Shown here: piece by piece, positions 63,901-64,000 of the stretch
How the letters are laid out: the number at the start of each line of letters is the position of its first letter
Position numbering within the stretch: position 1 is the first letter of the stretch
Assembly: GCA_964106915.2 (NCBI GenBank)
Contig: OZ066923.1
Direction: 5' to 3' (one strand)
Length of the DNA stretch: 64,000 bases
Source of the DNA: Podarcis gaigeae
Taxonomy: Eukaryota
Position numbers and translations under genes: made by a program
Notes under the pieces: model-generated
Databases searched by the model: none
Seen by the model: the letters and a program-made list of their open reading frames with translations, nothing else
Told to the model about the DNA's origin: nothing

Positions 63901-64000
63901 CAGCACCACGTGCAAATTTTCATTTGCAAAATTGTTTAACTGAGTGCTTTCCAGGGTGGAAGGATGCCTAGGTGCCCTGTGCAAAATGATAATGTCTGTA

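Noticed and set aside
60903-64000. Next MICAL3 exons (RTYTEEEL... and bMERB)
   Set aside because: No matching coding sequence seen; presumably downstream of the window.

Overview
Eukaryotic genomic DNA from a squamate reptile, most likely a lacertid lizard judging by its Sauria/Squam-type SINEs. The window is the middle of MICAL3 (F-actin methionine monooxygenase) on the + strand. I traced about 17 GT-AG exons with consistent phases: five phase-0 exons upstream of the LIM domain, two LIM exons, the acidic/Glu-rich exons, the 1858-nt Pro/Ser-rich exon, and one exon just before the C-terminal coiled-coil/bMERB region. The monooxygenase and CH domains lie upstream of the window and bMERB lies downstream. 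Best leads: (1) read-through of the 18552 donor gives a short isoform with a hydrophobic tail and no autoinhibitory C-terminus, followed by about 6 kb of repeat-poor putative 3'UTR; (2) a cassette-exon array in which two exons encode the same amphipathic helix motif; (3) RBFOX motif clusters, long AG-free zones and a candidate microexon; (4) inverted SINE pairs and a perfect 58-bp MITE hairpin that could form intronic dsRNA. Introns hold SINEs, CR1/L2 remnants and hAT and Tc1/mariner MITEs. A 200-N gap has duplicated flanks and is probably an assembly artefact. All homology and repeat-family calls are from recall of sequences, not from database searches.
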